A stretch of 64,000 nt of DNA from an uncultured Mycoplasmatota bacterium (GTDB lineage Bacteria > Bacillota_I > Bacilli_A > RF39 > UBA660): NCBI GenBank assembly GCA_947649365.1, contig CANSRH010000003.1, positions 12,036-76,035 of the forward strand. Direction: 5' to 3'. This document shows positions 1-10,277 of this stretch, in pieces. Within the stretch, counting starts at the first letter, position 1. Each line of letters starts with the position of its first letter. Made by a program: the position numbers and the translations under genes. The notes beneath the pieces were generated by a model that did no database searches, was not told the DNA's origin, and saw only the letters and a list, made by a program, of their open reading frames with translations.

Positions 1-321
1 TTGTTTTTCGCTTTCTTCTAATTGATTGTAATCAATGAATGCAATTGTTCCATCCATTATGTATTTTTCTATATCAAATTCTATTTCATGCTCTTGAAAA
101 TATTGTTTTACTATCTCGATTTTTTCCATTAATGTTACTTTTTTTAATTGATTTGGATTCAAAGTGATTCCATTTTTAAATTCCCCTTCTAGGGTTTCTT
201 CTATTTCACACGCAATCGTGTAGAATAAATCAAGATTGTCCAACACACAATTAGGTATTCGTGTATGATTGAAGATATATTCTATTAAAAAATTTTCAAC
301 TTCTTGTATTGCTTTTTCCAT
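1..321 (-). CDS. hypothetical protein, N-terminal part (gene runs off the window start)
   Basis: ATG at 319-321 (minus) preceded by AGGTGA RBS; frame open to window edge (MEKAIQEVENFLIEYIFNHTRIPN...); no family recognised. Confidence 0.4.
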   Translation of the reverse strand, partial: MEKAIQEVENFLIEYIFNHTRIPNCVLDNLDLFYTIACEIEETLEGEFKNGITLNPNQLKKVTLMEKIEIVKQYFQEHEIEFDIEKYIMDGTIAFIDYNQLEESEKQ

Positions 322-367
322 AACGTTTCACCTAAGAATATTATACAAAAAAAAGAAAGATATTTCA

Positions 368-1228
368 CTATCTTCTTAAACTATTATCTAATTCTTCAAC
401 GCTATTTTCAATTGAATGAAAGTTATCGTTTATTTCTTGTTTACTTTCGTACTCCGTTTCTAATCGTTCTACTTCCATATCAGAAAGTTTTAAATTTTTT
501 GGAAGCGTGTCCATGCTTACAAATTCCACTATTCCTTCTATTCTTCCAGCAATTTGGTATTCAACGATTTCTTTCTTTTCATTTAGGGTACCTAATACCC
601 ATATGTTATCTTTAGATGATTTGGATTGAAAAAGAATTTTATTTTCTAGTTTTCCAACATATTCCATCAAGCGCATTTGATAGTTATCTTCTATTTTATA
701 GACAAGAACTGTTGTTTCTTCATGATCTTTCCTAAATTTTTGGTAATTGTAACTTATAAAACTTAAAGTTTCAAATTTCAAAGCTTGTTCATAAGAAAGA
801 GATTTAACAATTATAACAGGAAGATCTCCTAAAATTTCTTGTAATTCTATTCTTTGTTTTCCTTGTAGGTCTCCATTTAATTCTAAAATATACTGAATCG
901 TTTTTCCTTCTTTATTCGTTTTGATAATTATACTATTTTCCGGCGTTGTTATGCTACGATAAACTTTTTCAGTTGCTGTTTCTTTTTCTAAATAACCGAG
1001 GATTTGGTAATATTTTCCTTCCAAAAGATAACTTATCTCTCTTATTTCTGTTGTTTCAATTGCATCATTATTAGCGTCTACTACAGTATAATTGGATAAA
1101 TTATTTTCTGCTTCTTCTTGTTCTAGAGTTACTTCTTCTTTTGCTTTGCATTCTAGAGTAGTCATTCCAATGATTCCTGCAAATCCAATTAATACTGCTC
1201 TTTTTTTCCATTTTGATGATTTTTTCAT
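368..1228 (-). CDS. putative secreted protein / lipoprotein
   Basis: ORF 368..1267; start moved to internal ATG (MKKSSKWKKRAVLIGFAGIIGMTTLEC...) with GGGGA RBS; signal peptide followed by Cys (lipobox-like). Confidence 0.45.
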   Translation of the reverse strand: MKKSSKWKKRAVLIGFAGIIGMTTLECKAKEEVTLEQEEAENNLSNYTVVDANNDAIETTEIREISYLLEGKYYQILGYLEKETATEKVYRSITTPENSIIIKTNKEGKTIQYILELNGDLQGKQRIELQEILGDLPVIIVKSLSYEQALKFETLSFISYNYQKFRKDHEETTVLVYKIEDNYQMRLMEYVGKLENKILFQSKSSKDNIWVLGTLNEKKEIVEYQIAGRIEGIVEFVSMDTLPKNLKLSDMEVERLETEYESKQEINDNFHSIENSVEELDNSLRR

Positions 1229-1579
1229 AAATAAAAATCCCCTTTCGAATGTTGTATATCCTAACACGGGAATAAAAAGATGTCAAATTGTAGTGAAATG
1301 TTTTTTTACTTTTCAAACATCTTTTGTCGAATAAAATCGAAAGTCTTGGAAATAAGAAAAATCTCTTTATCTATCCACTTGTTACTAGCGAATTAGCACT
1401 TATATTTTCTTGCAAGTAGAAGCAACTCGATTTTTAACTTCAAGAGGTTTAGATTCGTAAGGAGTGATATTCTGAACCAGTAATACTTTACCTAATTTAT
1501 TATATTTGCTTTCCTATAAATTACAGCTTACTATTTCCTACCTACAATATCTACTTTTATCAAACATTTGCCAAGGATA

Positions 1580-2341
1580 TCATTTTTTTCCTTCTGTATG
1601 TCCACTAATTGCAAATTCAGATATTCCTGCGTTTTCTAACTCTTCTTCTCTATTTTCTAATTCTTTTATCACATATCTTATTACATCGAGCCATATGAAA
1701 TCTGGAATCTCTTGATAAGTAGTGGGAATGTAAGAAGAAAAAACCTTTTCTTTTAAATTTAAGGATTTTAAAAAAACTACTCTATTTTTTCGACTTTCTT
1801 CGTATTTTTCTTTTGAAATCAAATAGGTTCTATATTTTCTAAAATTGCTAATTGTTACTTTTCTTAAATCAAACCATGGAATAAAGTATCGTTCATGGCA
1901 ATCCAATCCTTTGGAAACTTCTCTTCCATCAAAGCCTTTTCCTACAGCATCAATATAAACCCCCACCCCAATACTAACTCCTAAAGAAATCCCTGCTTCT
2001 CTTTCATAACGTTCACTAGGTTCGTGGCATAAATCAAACAATACAATGACTCCTTCTGCATCTAGTTCTTTTACTTTTTTAAAAATACTTGGAATGTTTG
2101 GATTTTTTCCTGTTCCTTCTATGCTTTTCATAAAAGGCTTCGTTATTAAGGAGTCGTTTCTTTCTCCAGGAAGATTTTTACAAAAATCATAATTTTTTTC
2201 ATAATCTTCTATGGATTTGATTATAGTTAAATTCCTTATAGGACTTACCTCTGGAAAGAAATGAAGTAAATTGATCATATCTTTGGTTCGATGGTATTGC
2301 ATCATTTCTGGGATATCTTTAGAATTATTGATAGAAAGCAT
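1580..2341 (-). CDS. hypothetical protein (no family recognised)
   Basis: 253-aa ORF directly downstream of priA on same strand, 16-bp spacing. Confidence 0.35.
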   Translation of the reverse strand: MLSINNSKDIPEMMQYHRTKDMINLLHFFPEVSPIRNLTIIKSIEDYEKNYDFCKNLPGERNDSLITKPFMKSIEGTGKNPNIPSIFKKVKELDAEGVIVLFDLCHEPSERYEREAGISLGVSIGVGVYIDAVGKGFDGREVSKGLDCHERYFIPWFDLRKVTISNFRKYRTYLISKEKYEESRKNRVVFLKSLNLKEKVFSSYIPTTYQEIPDFIWLDVIRYVIKELENREEELENAGISEFAISGHTEGKK

Positions 2342-2357
2342 AATTATTCTCCTTTCT

Positions 2358-4550
2358 TTAAATTTTTAATGGATTTTTATCTATTTCTAAATTGACATTT
2401 TTATTCATTAGAAATAGTTTATCTAATTCTTTTAATGTTTCGTCTAGTTTTTTATCAAAACGATATTTAATAATAATCTGAAAGCGATAAATATTGTTGA
2501 TTTTGAATATATTGGATACAGTTGGTCCTAAAACAATTGTGTTTTCTAGAAGATTTTTTCTTAAGTAGTCTGCGGTCTTTTTGGCTTCTTTGCTACACAA
2601 TTCATAGTCTTTGCTTGTCACTTTTATACTCACTAAAAAATAATAAGGAGAATATTTTAGTTTTTTTCGAATGTTCATTTCATAATTGTAAAATTTTTCA
2701 TAGTCTTGTTCTGCAACACATTTTAAAATAAAGTTGTCTTTGTTGTAGGTTTGGATAATGACATTTCCTAACGTATCTTTTCTACCAGCTCGTCCTGCTG
2801 CTTGGTAAAGTAAATCGAATGTTTTTTCTCCACTTCTAAAGTCAGGCAAATTTAACGTAGTATCCGCATTAATTATTCCTACTACAGACACTTTTGGGAA
2901 ATCAAGTCCTTTGCTAATCATTTGGGTTCCAAGTAAGCAATCGTATTCGTGATTTTTAAATTGTTCGATCATTTTTTCATAACTATTTTTTCTTCTTGTT
3001 GTATCGGTATCCATACGTAAGACTCTAATTTCTGGAAACTCTTTGTTTAGAAAACTTTCTATTTTTTCCGTACCATAGCCGTAGAAATCAAGGTTTGTTT
3101 GGCATTTTGGACATGCGTCGGTTTTAAATATTGTATATCCGCAGTAGTGACAACGAAGGGTGTTTTTTGTTTTGTGAAAGGTTAGAGAAATATCACAATG
3201 CGGGCACTTGTAAGTAAAGCCACAGTTTCCACAAGTAATTGTGGTTGCATACCCTCTTCTATTGAGTAACAATATGATTTGTTCATTTCTGCTTAAAGCA
3301 CTTTCCATTTCTACTTGAAGTCTTTCACTCAGATAAAAGTTGCCTTTTTTTACTTCACTTGCCATATCGACGATGGTACAAGTCGGCAAGGGACTATGAT
3401 TCACTCTATTTTTTAACGTTAATAAGGTATAGAGATTTTTACTCGATTTTGCCATGCGTTCTAGTGTTGGAGTGGCACTTCCTAACACAATTGGAATACG
3501 ATTGTATTCTGCTCGAAATTCTGCAATATCAATGGCGTTATATCTTGGATTATTTTCTTGTTTGTAAGAGTCTGCGTGTTCTTCGTCAACTACAATGATT
3601 CCTAAATTTTTTAAAGGAGCGAACACCGCACTTCTTGCCCCAATGACAATTTGTACTTCTCCTCTAACGATTTTTCGCCATTCATCATAACGTTCTCCAT
3701 CTGATAGCCCACTATGCAAAACGGCGACCAATCCCGCAAATCTCGATTTAAAGTGATGGACAAATTGAGGGGTTAAACTAATTTCTGGAACCAACACTAT
3801 GGCAGATTTTCCTTTTTTTACTATTTCTTCAATGATTTGCATGTAAATTTCAGTTTTTCCAGAACCTGTTACACCATACAAAAGAAATTTGTGATGCATA
3901 TTTTGTTTACTCAGTATGGCATTGTATACTTCTTGTTGTTCTCTATTTAAGATTTTTTTCTGGTCTTCTAAAACGCTTGTTTCTTCTAAACGATAGATTT
4001 CTTCTTGTACTTCCTTTACGACTTTGTTTTTTATTAATGTAGCTACACTAGAAGAAGATATTTTGTTGGCTTCTTTTTTGTAAGCAGGTTCGTTTGCTTC
4101 TATGTAGTCTACTACTTCTTTTTGTTTTTCACTGGTACAAAAAGAGATAGACTCGTTGTAACTTCTATTTAATTCTAAATACGTTTCGTATTTTTTATTT
4201 ATATTTGTTTTGTCCGAAGCTTTTAGTGCTTTTGGTAACATGACTGCATAGGCACTGGATAAACTACACAAACATTCTTTTTTTATAAACTCTCCAATTT
4301 GAATTAACTCTTCATTCAAAACAATGTCTTCGTCGACGACTTCTTTAATGGGAAGTATTTTCACTCCCTCTGGGATTTCATTTTTCACATGCAAAATAAA
4401 ACCTTCTAAAGGCCTATTATTAAATGATACTTTTACTCTTTTTCCTACTGCTATTTTTTCTTTCAAACATTCTGGAACTTCGTAAGTATACATTTGGTCG
4501 GTTTGTTTGTTTTTTAGTTCTATTAATACGTCAACATACATAGGATTCAC
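2358..4550 (-). CDS. priA: primosomal protein N-prime, replication restart helicase PriA
   Basis: 730 aa; Walker A GVTGSGKTE, DEEH box (VVDEEH), C-terminal Cys-rich zinc-binding region (CGNCG...CPHC...CHYCG...CPKC), helicase C motifs QAAGRAGR. Confidence 0.9.
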   Translation of the reverse strand: MNPMYVDVLIELKNKQTDQMYTYEVPECLKEKIAVGKRVKVSFNNRPLEGFILHVKNEIPEGVKILPIKEVVDEDIVLNEELIQIGEFIKKECLCSLSSAYAVMLPKALKASDKTNINKKYETYLELNRSYNESISFCTSEKQKEVVDYIEANEPAYKKEANKISSSSVATLIKNKVVKEVQEEIYRLEETSVLEDQKKILNREQQEVYNAILSKQNMHHKFLLYGVTGSGKTEIYMQIIEEIVKKGKSAIVLVPEISLTPQFVHHFKSRFAGLVAVLHSGLSDGERYDEWRKIVRGEVQIVIGARSAVFAPLKNLGIIVVDEEHADSYKQENNPRYNAIDIAEFRAEYNRIPIVLGSATPTLERMAKSSKNLYTLLTLKNRVNHSPLPTCTIVDMASEVKKGNFYLSERLQVEMESALSRNEQIILLLNRRGYATTITCGNCGFTYKCPHCDISLTFHKTKNTLRCHYCGYTIFKTDACPKCQTNLDFYGYGTEKIESFLNKEFPEIRVLRMDTDTTRRKNSYEKMIEQFKNHEYDCLLGTQMISKGLDFPKVSVVGIINADTTLNLPDFRSGEKTFDLLYQAAGRAGRKDTLGNVIIQTYNKDNFILKCVAEQDYEKFYNYEMNIRKKLKYSPYYFLVSIKVTSKDYELCSKEAKKTADYLRKNLLENTIVLGPTVSNIFKINNIYRFQIIIKYRFDKKLDETLKELDKLFLMNKNVNLEIDKNPLKI

Positions 4551-4604
4551 CTATATGCATTATAACAAAGAATGAAAAAAAGAACTAGATTTGTTCTCAA
4601 ACTT

Positions 4605-5084
4605 TTATTTAAGGATATCTTTTATTTTTTTATAGGCATCTACTAATTCTTCTTCCTTTATTTTGGCATTGGCAGGAGACGTACTAGGTAAACAAAAAAC
4701 TGGTAATTCTATTTTATCTTTAAAAAATTTCAAATAATATTTATAGGCTGTTTTTCCTGTTGTGAATATGGCTTTTATTTCCGTTTCTTTTATTATTTTC
4801 TGTATATTGTTTGGTTTGGCATTTTTGATACTTGCATCACTGGATCCTTTTATCGAACAGGAAGCTAATACATCCCATAAAGCAATATGGTGTTTTAAAA
4901 GAAATTCTTTTTTGTCTATTATTTGCTCTTCAAATACGTTCTCTAGTACTTTCCAAAATCGATTTTTTGGATGGCCATAATAAAAACCTACTTCCCTGGA
5001 TTTTACACTGGGCATCGTTCCTAAAATTAAAATTCTCGAGAATTCGTTATAAATTGGTGGTAATTCATGTTTTACTTTTTCCAT
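4605..5084 (-). CDS. uracil-DNA glycosylase superfamily protein (hypoxanthine/deoxyinosine DNA glycosylase-like, family 6)
   Basis: N-terminal motif ILILGTMPSVKSREVGFYYGHPKNRFWKVL typical of small UDG-superfamily enzymes. Confidence 0.5.
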   Translation of the reverse strand: MEKVKHELPPIYNEFSRILILGTMPSVKSREVGFYYGHPKNRFWKVLENVFEEQIIDKKEFLLKHHIALWDVLASCSIKGSSDASIKNAKPNNIQKIIKETEIKAIFTTGKTAYKYYLKFFKDKIELPVFCLPSTSPANAKIKEEELVDAYKKIKDILK

Positions 5085-5138
5085 ACATCATCACAATCTC
5101 ATTATAAATCTTTTTCTAAAAAAATATAGACTAGTTCG

Positions 5139-5150
5139 AACCAATTGGTT
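5139..5150. promoter_or_regulatory. perfect 12-bp palindrome AACCAATTGGTT overlapping an extended -10 promoter (TGgTATCAT) in a divergent intergenic region
   Basis: seen directly between the UDG-like gene and the 5204 gene. Confidence 0.3.
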
Positions 5151-5203
5151 ATGGTATCATAGTATTAACCATAAGGTAATTCATAAAAAAGGAGTGTTAA
5201 GAT

Positions 5204-6418
5204 ATGAATGAATTGGAACAAACAGGTAGAGAGATACCGAAAAAGAAGAAAGGAATTTTGATTGTCAGTATTTTGTTTGTGGTTTTTGTTTTACTTGGAA
5301 CTATTCTTTATCCTATCGTTGTTACAAAGCCTAAAAAAGTATTTACAACAGCAATAGATAAAGTTACTTCTTTAGCGAAACAAACTACCAAAGAAGACTT
5401 ACAACTTTATGGAGGAAGTTTTTCTTTGGAAATGGATTTAACGAGTAATGATAAAAATGCTCAGAAAGTCTTGGATATTTTGAATCAAATGCAACTAGGT
5501 TTTGCTTATAAAGTCGATTATGATGAAGAAAAAATGGTTATTGATTTACATACCGACTATAAGAAGAAAGATTTGTTGGACTTATCTATGTATTTTCATA
5601 AAAACGAGGCTTATGTTTTCTTGCAAGAAATTTATGATAAATATATAGAGGTAGAGGCAAAAGGGATAGAAGAACTTTTTTCTAGTAAAGAGAAAACCGA
5701 AGAGTATCAAATTCTATTGGAACAAGTAAAAAATGCTTTTCATAAATCTTTAAAGGATAGTTATTTTACGAAGGAAAAGATAACAATGACTATAGGAAAT
5801 AAAGATACAAAAGTTACTAAAAATATTTTCCATCTTACAGAAGAAAATTTAGAAGAGATTGTTCTTGTACTTAGTGAAGAACTTGATAATGATACTTTTC
5901 TTACGAATTATGCTTCCTTGAGCGGTAAAAGTGAAGATGAAATTCGTGATGCATTGGAAAGTTTAAAAAATGAGACCATTTCTTTAGAAGAAGATATGGA
6001 AATTGTTCTGTATACGGAAGGGATAAAAAATAATTTTGTCGGATTAGAGTTTAGTGATTTATCGGATACATTTGTTCTTTTAAAAGAGAACACTACTGAT
6101 TATTCTTATAAAATAAAAGCTGATAGAACTTCTATAACAGGCAGGTTATCATTAGAGAAAAAAGATAAGGATCTTCAAGGAACAATGACTATAAATAATG
6201 AAGAGCTTTCAGGTAGTATTTTATTTTCTTTTACAAGTGAAGAAGATGTAGTTATTGAAGATATTGATAAAAATGAAGTTGTTGATACAAATGCTATTTC
6301 TTTAGAAGATCAAGAAAAGATATTCAATGCTTTACAAGAAAAAGAAGGAATTAAAGAACTCCTACAAGAGTTTGAAAATTTATTTACTCCAAAATTATAC
6401 GATACACTAGATATGTAA
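5204..6418 (+). CDS. hypothetical membrane-anchored acidic protein
   Basis: 404 aa, single N-terminal TM (GILIVSILFVVFVLLGTILYPIVV) then long acidic extracytoplasmic region; RBS AAGGAG upstream; terminator after stop. Confidence 0.5.
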   Translation: MNELEQTGREIPKKKKGILIVSILFVVFVLLGTILYPIVVTKPKKVFTTAIDKVTSLAKQTTKEDLQLYGGSFSLEMDLTSNDKNAQKVLDILNQMQLGFAYKVDYDEEKMVIDLHTDYKKKDLLDLSMYFHKNEAYVFLQEIYDKYIEVEAKGIEELFSSKEKTEEYQILLEQVKNAFHKSLKDSYFTKEKITMTIGNKDTKVTKNIFHLTEENLEEIVLVLSEELDNDTFLTNYASLSGKSEDEIRDALESLKNETISLEEDMEIVLYTEGIKNNFVGLEFSDLSDTFVLLKENTTDYSYKIKADRTSITGRLSLEKKDKDLQGTMTINNEELSGSILFSFTSEEDVVIEDIDKNEVVDTNAISLEDQEKIFNALQEKEGIKELLQEFENLFTPKLYDTLDM

Positions 6419-6442
6419 AAAGACCATTTCAGGTCTTTTTCA
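6417..6442. terminator. bidirectional rho-independent terminator
   Basis: AAAGACC-atttca-GGTCTTT with flanking A-run and T-run between convergent genes. Confidence 0.65.
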
Positions 6443-6445
6443 TTG

Positions 6446-7294
6446 TTATTTTTTTCCATAGCGCGCATTAAACTTATCAATTTGGCTTCCTCTTTGTCTT
6501 TTTAAAGAAGAAGAATTTAATATTGGAGTTATATCATAGTATTCTCTTTTCTCTCTGTTTTCATAGGGATACATTGTAATAATATCCTTTGAATTTGCTA
6601 GTGTAATTACTTCTATATAATCCACTAATTTGTTATTTACGTGTCCATTGGCAAGATAGCCAAAAACATAAGAATTTTGAAAAGCACTAGGATTGTATCT
6701 TTTTTCTAGCGGTAATTTACTTCGAATTTCATAATAGGTCTTTTCTAAAGATACACTAGGTACAAATTGAATAGAGGAAGGTTCTGTATTTTCTTGCGGA
6801 CTTTGATGTTTTTGAATACATAACAAAGCTTCTTTTTCACTATAAGAGATAATTTGATTTATTAGATAACCGCTTCCATGCTCATAATCTTCTATAGTTA
6901 AAATATTTAATTTTCTTTTTAAAAAATAAATTAAACCTTTAAAAAACCATTTTCTATGATAAAAGAAACGTATATTTTTTTGAAGTAAATGATAACATTC
7001 TTCATATTTTTGTTGATAGCATAAAAGATTTATTTTCATCATAATAAAATCTTCATAAGTCAATAAAGAAGTTTTTTCTGAAAGTAATTCTTCTGCTATT
7101 TTTAACGTTTGTTCTGCTTCTTCTAAACGATTAGCTTTTATAAATGCATTTGCATAATATATATATCCTGCAGCATCTTTTGGATAAATTTTAATATACT
7201 TTTGGAATTCATTAAATGCTTCATTTAATCTGTATTCTTCTGTTAATTTCATTATTTTTTGAAAATATGTATCATGATAATATTTCTTTTCCAT
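6446..7294 (-). CDS. TPR-repeat containing hypothetical protein
   Basis: N-terminal TPR-like helices (YIYYANAFIKANRLEEAEQTLKIAEEL). Confidence 0.45.
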   Translation of the reverse strand: MEKKYYHDTYFQKIMKLTEEYRLNEAFNEFQKYIKIYPKDAAGYIYYANAFIKANRLEEAEQTLKIAEELLSEKTSLLTYEDFIMMKINLLCYQQKYEECYHLLQKNIRFFYHRKWFFKGLIYFLKRKLNILTIEDYEHGSGYLINQIISYSEKEALLCIQKHQSPQENTEPSSIQFVPSVSLEKTYYEIRSKLPLEKRYNPSAFQNSYVFGYLANGHVNNKLVDYIEVITLANSKDIITMYPYENREKREYYDITPILNSSSLKRQRGSQIDKFNARYGKK

Positions 7295-7375
7295 AACTTT
7301 CCCTCCGTAATGAGTTTTATTTTATTACAAATTTTCCATTTATACAAATAAAAAAAGCCCTACTTTGACTTTTTA

Positions 7376-7924
7376 TTAAAAACGTTTCTTTAATAGTTCA
7401 TATAATTTTCTATTCTCTTCCGTAATGGGTACATATTCAGGGTCATGATTTTCTAACATGGTATTTAAATATTCGTAATAGACGTATTTGATATCGGTTA
7501 GTTCTTCTACTTGTAGTTTCGTGTGTTCTATATCTACGTTCCATGGAAGAAGATAAACATCATCAAAAACTTTTAAAGTATGATCTTTATAAGGTTGTTC
7601 TCTTTTTATAGTAAATAGGTATTCTAAACATTCTGGTTTTAATTCTATATCTAGTTCTTCTTTTAGTTCACGAATCCCAGTTTCTTCACTTGTTTCTCCA
7701 GCAAGTACATGTCCTGCAACAGATAAAGCCCAAAGGTTTGGAAATGTTTTTTTATAGGGATTTCTTTTTTGCATTAAAAGTTCGTGTTTGTCATTGATAA
7801 TCCAAATATGTACAGAACGATACCAATATCCTTTTTGATAAATTTCTTCTTTGGTCGCTCTAAATCCAGTTTTTGTTCCATCTTCATTTAGTACGTCTAG
7901 TACTTCTTCCATTACATCACTCAT
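7376..7924 (-). CDS. NUDIX hydrolase
   Basis: Nudix box GHVLAGETSEETGIRELKEELDI. Confidence 0.7.
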   Translation of the reverse strand: MSDVMEEVLDVLNEDGTKTGFRATKEEIYQKGYWYRSVHIWIINDKHELLMQKRNPYKKTFPNLWALSVAGHVLAGETSEETGIRELKEELDIELKPECLEYLFTIKREQPYKDHTLKVFDDVYLLPWNVDIEHTKLQVEELTDIKYVYYEYLNTMLENHDPEYVPITEENRKLYELLKKRF

Positions 7925-8017
7925 AGTTTCACCTGTATTATCTTATCATGAGTTGAGTGTTTTTTTGTTTCTTTCTATTCGAGTTAACAGATTTTTGACA
8001 AAAAAGAAAAAAGTCAA

Positions 8018-8911
8018 TTATTTTGACTTTTTGTCTGACATCATTTCTTTTATTGTTGTACCAATGGTTGCAATGGATTGAAGTTCTGATGGAACAATAA
8101 TCTTTGTTGCTTGACCATTGGCTACATTTGTTAAGGCTTCATAACTTTTTAGAGTAAGTACAGAAGCATCCGCTTTTGCATCTTTTAGGAGTTTTATTCC
8201 TTCTGCTTCGGCATTTTTAATTTTAAGCATTGCTTCGGCTTCCCCTTCTGCACGTTTGATTTGTGCTTCTTTGTCTGCTTCTGCTCTTAAAATAGCACTT
8301 TCTTTTTCTCCTTCCGCAATTAGAATGCTTGATTTTTTTTCTCCTTCTGCTTGTAAGATTTTTTCACGACGTTCCCGTTCTGCACGCATTTGTTTTTCCA
8401 TTGCATCTTGAATGTCTCTTGGTGGTAAAATATTTTTTACTTCTACTCTGTTTACTTTGATTCCCCATGGATCGGTTGCTTCATCTAGAATCGAACGCAT
8501 TTTTGAGTTAATGATATCTCTACTTGTAAGTGTTTGGTCAAGTTCTAGTTCTCCGATAATGTTACGCAATGTTGTTGCTGTTAAGTTCTCAATAGCACTT
8601 ACTGGATATTCTACTCCATAGGTATATAATTTTGGGTCAGTAATTTGAAAATATACTACTGTATCGATTTGCATGGTAACATTGTCTTTTGTTATTACTG
8701 GTTGTGGTGCAAAATCTTTTACAATTTCTTTTAAAGTAACAGTATTCGCTACTCTATCTACAAACGGAATTTTAAAGTGTAGTCCGTTTTTCCATGTTGT
8801 ATAGTAAGAACCTAATCTTTCTACTACATAACTTTTTGCTTGTGGTACCACTTTGATACTTGGTATCGCAATTAAAATAATTAAAACTAATATCGCAATT
8901 AAAAATGGCAT
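8018..8911 (-). CDS. SPFH/band-7 (stomatin/flotillin-like) membrane protein
   Basis: N-terminal TM, SPFH core, C-terminal Ala/Glu-rich coiled repeats (AEGEKESAILRAEADKEAQIKRAEGEAEA). Confidence 0.8.
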   Translation of the reverse strand: MPFLIAILVLIILIAIPSIKVVPQAKSYVVERLGSYYTTWKNGLHFKIPFVDRVANTVTLKEIVKDFAPQPVITKDNVTMQIDTVVYFQITDPKLYTYGVEYPVSAIENLTATTLRNIIGELELDQTLTSRDIINSKMRSILDEATDPWGIKVNRVEVKNILPPRDIQDAMEKQMRAERERREKILQAEGEKKSSILIAEGEKESAILRAEADKEAQIKRAEGEAEAMLKIKNAEAEGIKLLKDAKADASVLTLKSYEALTNVANGQATKIIVPSELQSIATIGTTIKEMMSDKKSK

Positions 8912-8912
8912 T

Positions 8913-9338
8913 TTACTTCTCCTTCTTTCTAACCATTAATTTGACACCATTGATTTCTTCAACGATGACTTCACTTCCAATTTCTAGTTCTACATCAGAA
9001 ATAGCACTCCAACGTTTTCCATCGACTTTTACTTCTCCAATGTTGTGCTTTTTGATTGGTTCTGTGACAATTGCTTCCATCCCAATGACACGATCTAGAT
9101 TGGTTGTTTCTTTTTTGGTTTTTAACAAACGTTCTAAAAAACTTCTGGTTGTTAATAGTAGTATAATTCCTAGAATGACAAAGATTGCAAATTGAATATA
9201 GAAATTATCTACAAATATCGATACAATCAGTGAGACAATTCCGCTTGCGATAAACCAAATGGATACTAGGTTCACTGTACTTACTTCTGCTATGATTAAA
9301 AGAAAGACAATGATTAACCAAATCATCCACATTTCCAT
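8913..9338 (-). CDS. NfeD-like membrane protein (partner of SPFH protein)
   Basis: 141 aa, N-terminal TM helices plus C-terminal OB-like soluble part; immediately upstream of and abutting the SPFH gene (classic NfeD-SPFH operon). Confidence 0.65.
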   Translation of the reverse strand: MEMWMIWLIIVFLLIIAEVSTVNLVSIWFIASGIVSLIVSIFVDNFYIQFAIFVILGIILLLTTRSFLERLLKTKKETTNLDRVIGMEAIVTEPIKKHNIGEVKVDGKRWSAISDVELEIGSEVIVEEINGVKLMVRKKEK

Positions 9339-9447
9339 AACTTCACCTCTTTTATGTTTTTAATATACTACTAATCTATGCAGAATACAAGATTTTTAGA
9401 AATGGAATATTTTTTCACAAAAATAAAAAAGCCTTTTTTCGGCTCTT

Positions 9448-10200
9448 TTACTTAATGATTGATTCTAAGGCTAGAGTTATTGATTCATTGAGTGACTTTT
9501 CACGGTCTTCTTGACTCATGAATGTTTCACTAAATTTACTATCAACAACTGTTAGGATACAAGAAGCTTCTTTATCAAAAGAATCTGCTACATGGAATAA
9601 TGCAAATGCCTCCATTTCTTCTGCAACAATTTTAATGTTTTTAGGAACTCTTGCAAGAACATGCTCGTTATCACTATAAAAACCAAATTGTTCAGTTGTC
9701 AATGCTGTTCCATTATATACATGTATATTATTTTCTTCTGCAACTGCATTGATGATTGCATTTAGTTTCTTATTTGGATAAGCAATATGCGTTGGATCTC
9801 CATTATAAGAATAGGCAAAATTCCCTTCGTTATATGCTGCATCTACTACCACTACATCTGGAACATTTAATTCAGGAATTAACCCTCCACAAGTTCCTAC
9901 TCTTATGATTTTTTCTACTCCAAAGAAATAGAATAATTCAAATGCATAGATACTCATACTTGGCATTCCCATACCATGTCCCATAACGGTTACACGTACT
10001 CCTTTATAGTTTCCTGTATAAGCAAACATATTTCTTGTATCACTTACAAGTTTTGCTTCACTTAAGAAGTTTTCTGCAATATATTTCGCACGTAGGGGGT
10101 CCCCTGGCATGACTACAATGGGTGCAATTTCACTTTCTGTACATGCTATGTGTGCTGGTTTTATATGCTCTAAAACTTTTGGTGCCTTCACAATAATCAC
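9448..10200 (-). CDS. deoD: purine nucleoside phosphorylase DeoD-type
   Basis: MPGDPLRAKYIAENFL..., GHGMGMPS, ...EMEAFALFHVA motifs; the ORF may carry a short N-terminal over-extension. Confidence 0.85.
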   Translation of the reverse strand: MIIVKAPKVLEHIKPAHIACTESEIAPIVVMPGDPLRAKYIAENFLSEAKLVSDTRNMFAYTGNYKGVRVTVMGHGMGMPSMSIYAFELFYFFGVEKIIRVGTCGGLIPELNVPDVVVVDAAYNEGNFAYSYNGDPTHIAYPNKKLNAIINAVAEENNIHVYNGTALTTEQFGFYSDNEHVLARVPKNIKIVAEEMEAFALFHVADSFDKEASCILTVVDSKFSETFMSQEDREKSLNESITLALESIIK

Positions 10201-10277
10201 TCCTTATTATTCTGACTCTACTATATCAAAAAAAAGTAAACCAATAAATAGTTTACTCTCAATTTTACTTTTCTTGA

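Noticed and set aside
304-615. Plus-strand ORFs overlapping minus-strand genes (e.g. 304..615, 10832..11167, 31849..32283, 36570..36791, 54704..55075, 58214..58399)
   Set aside because: Shadow ORFs on the antisense strand of well-supported genes. Low-complexity or hydrophobic translations with no motifs.
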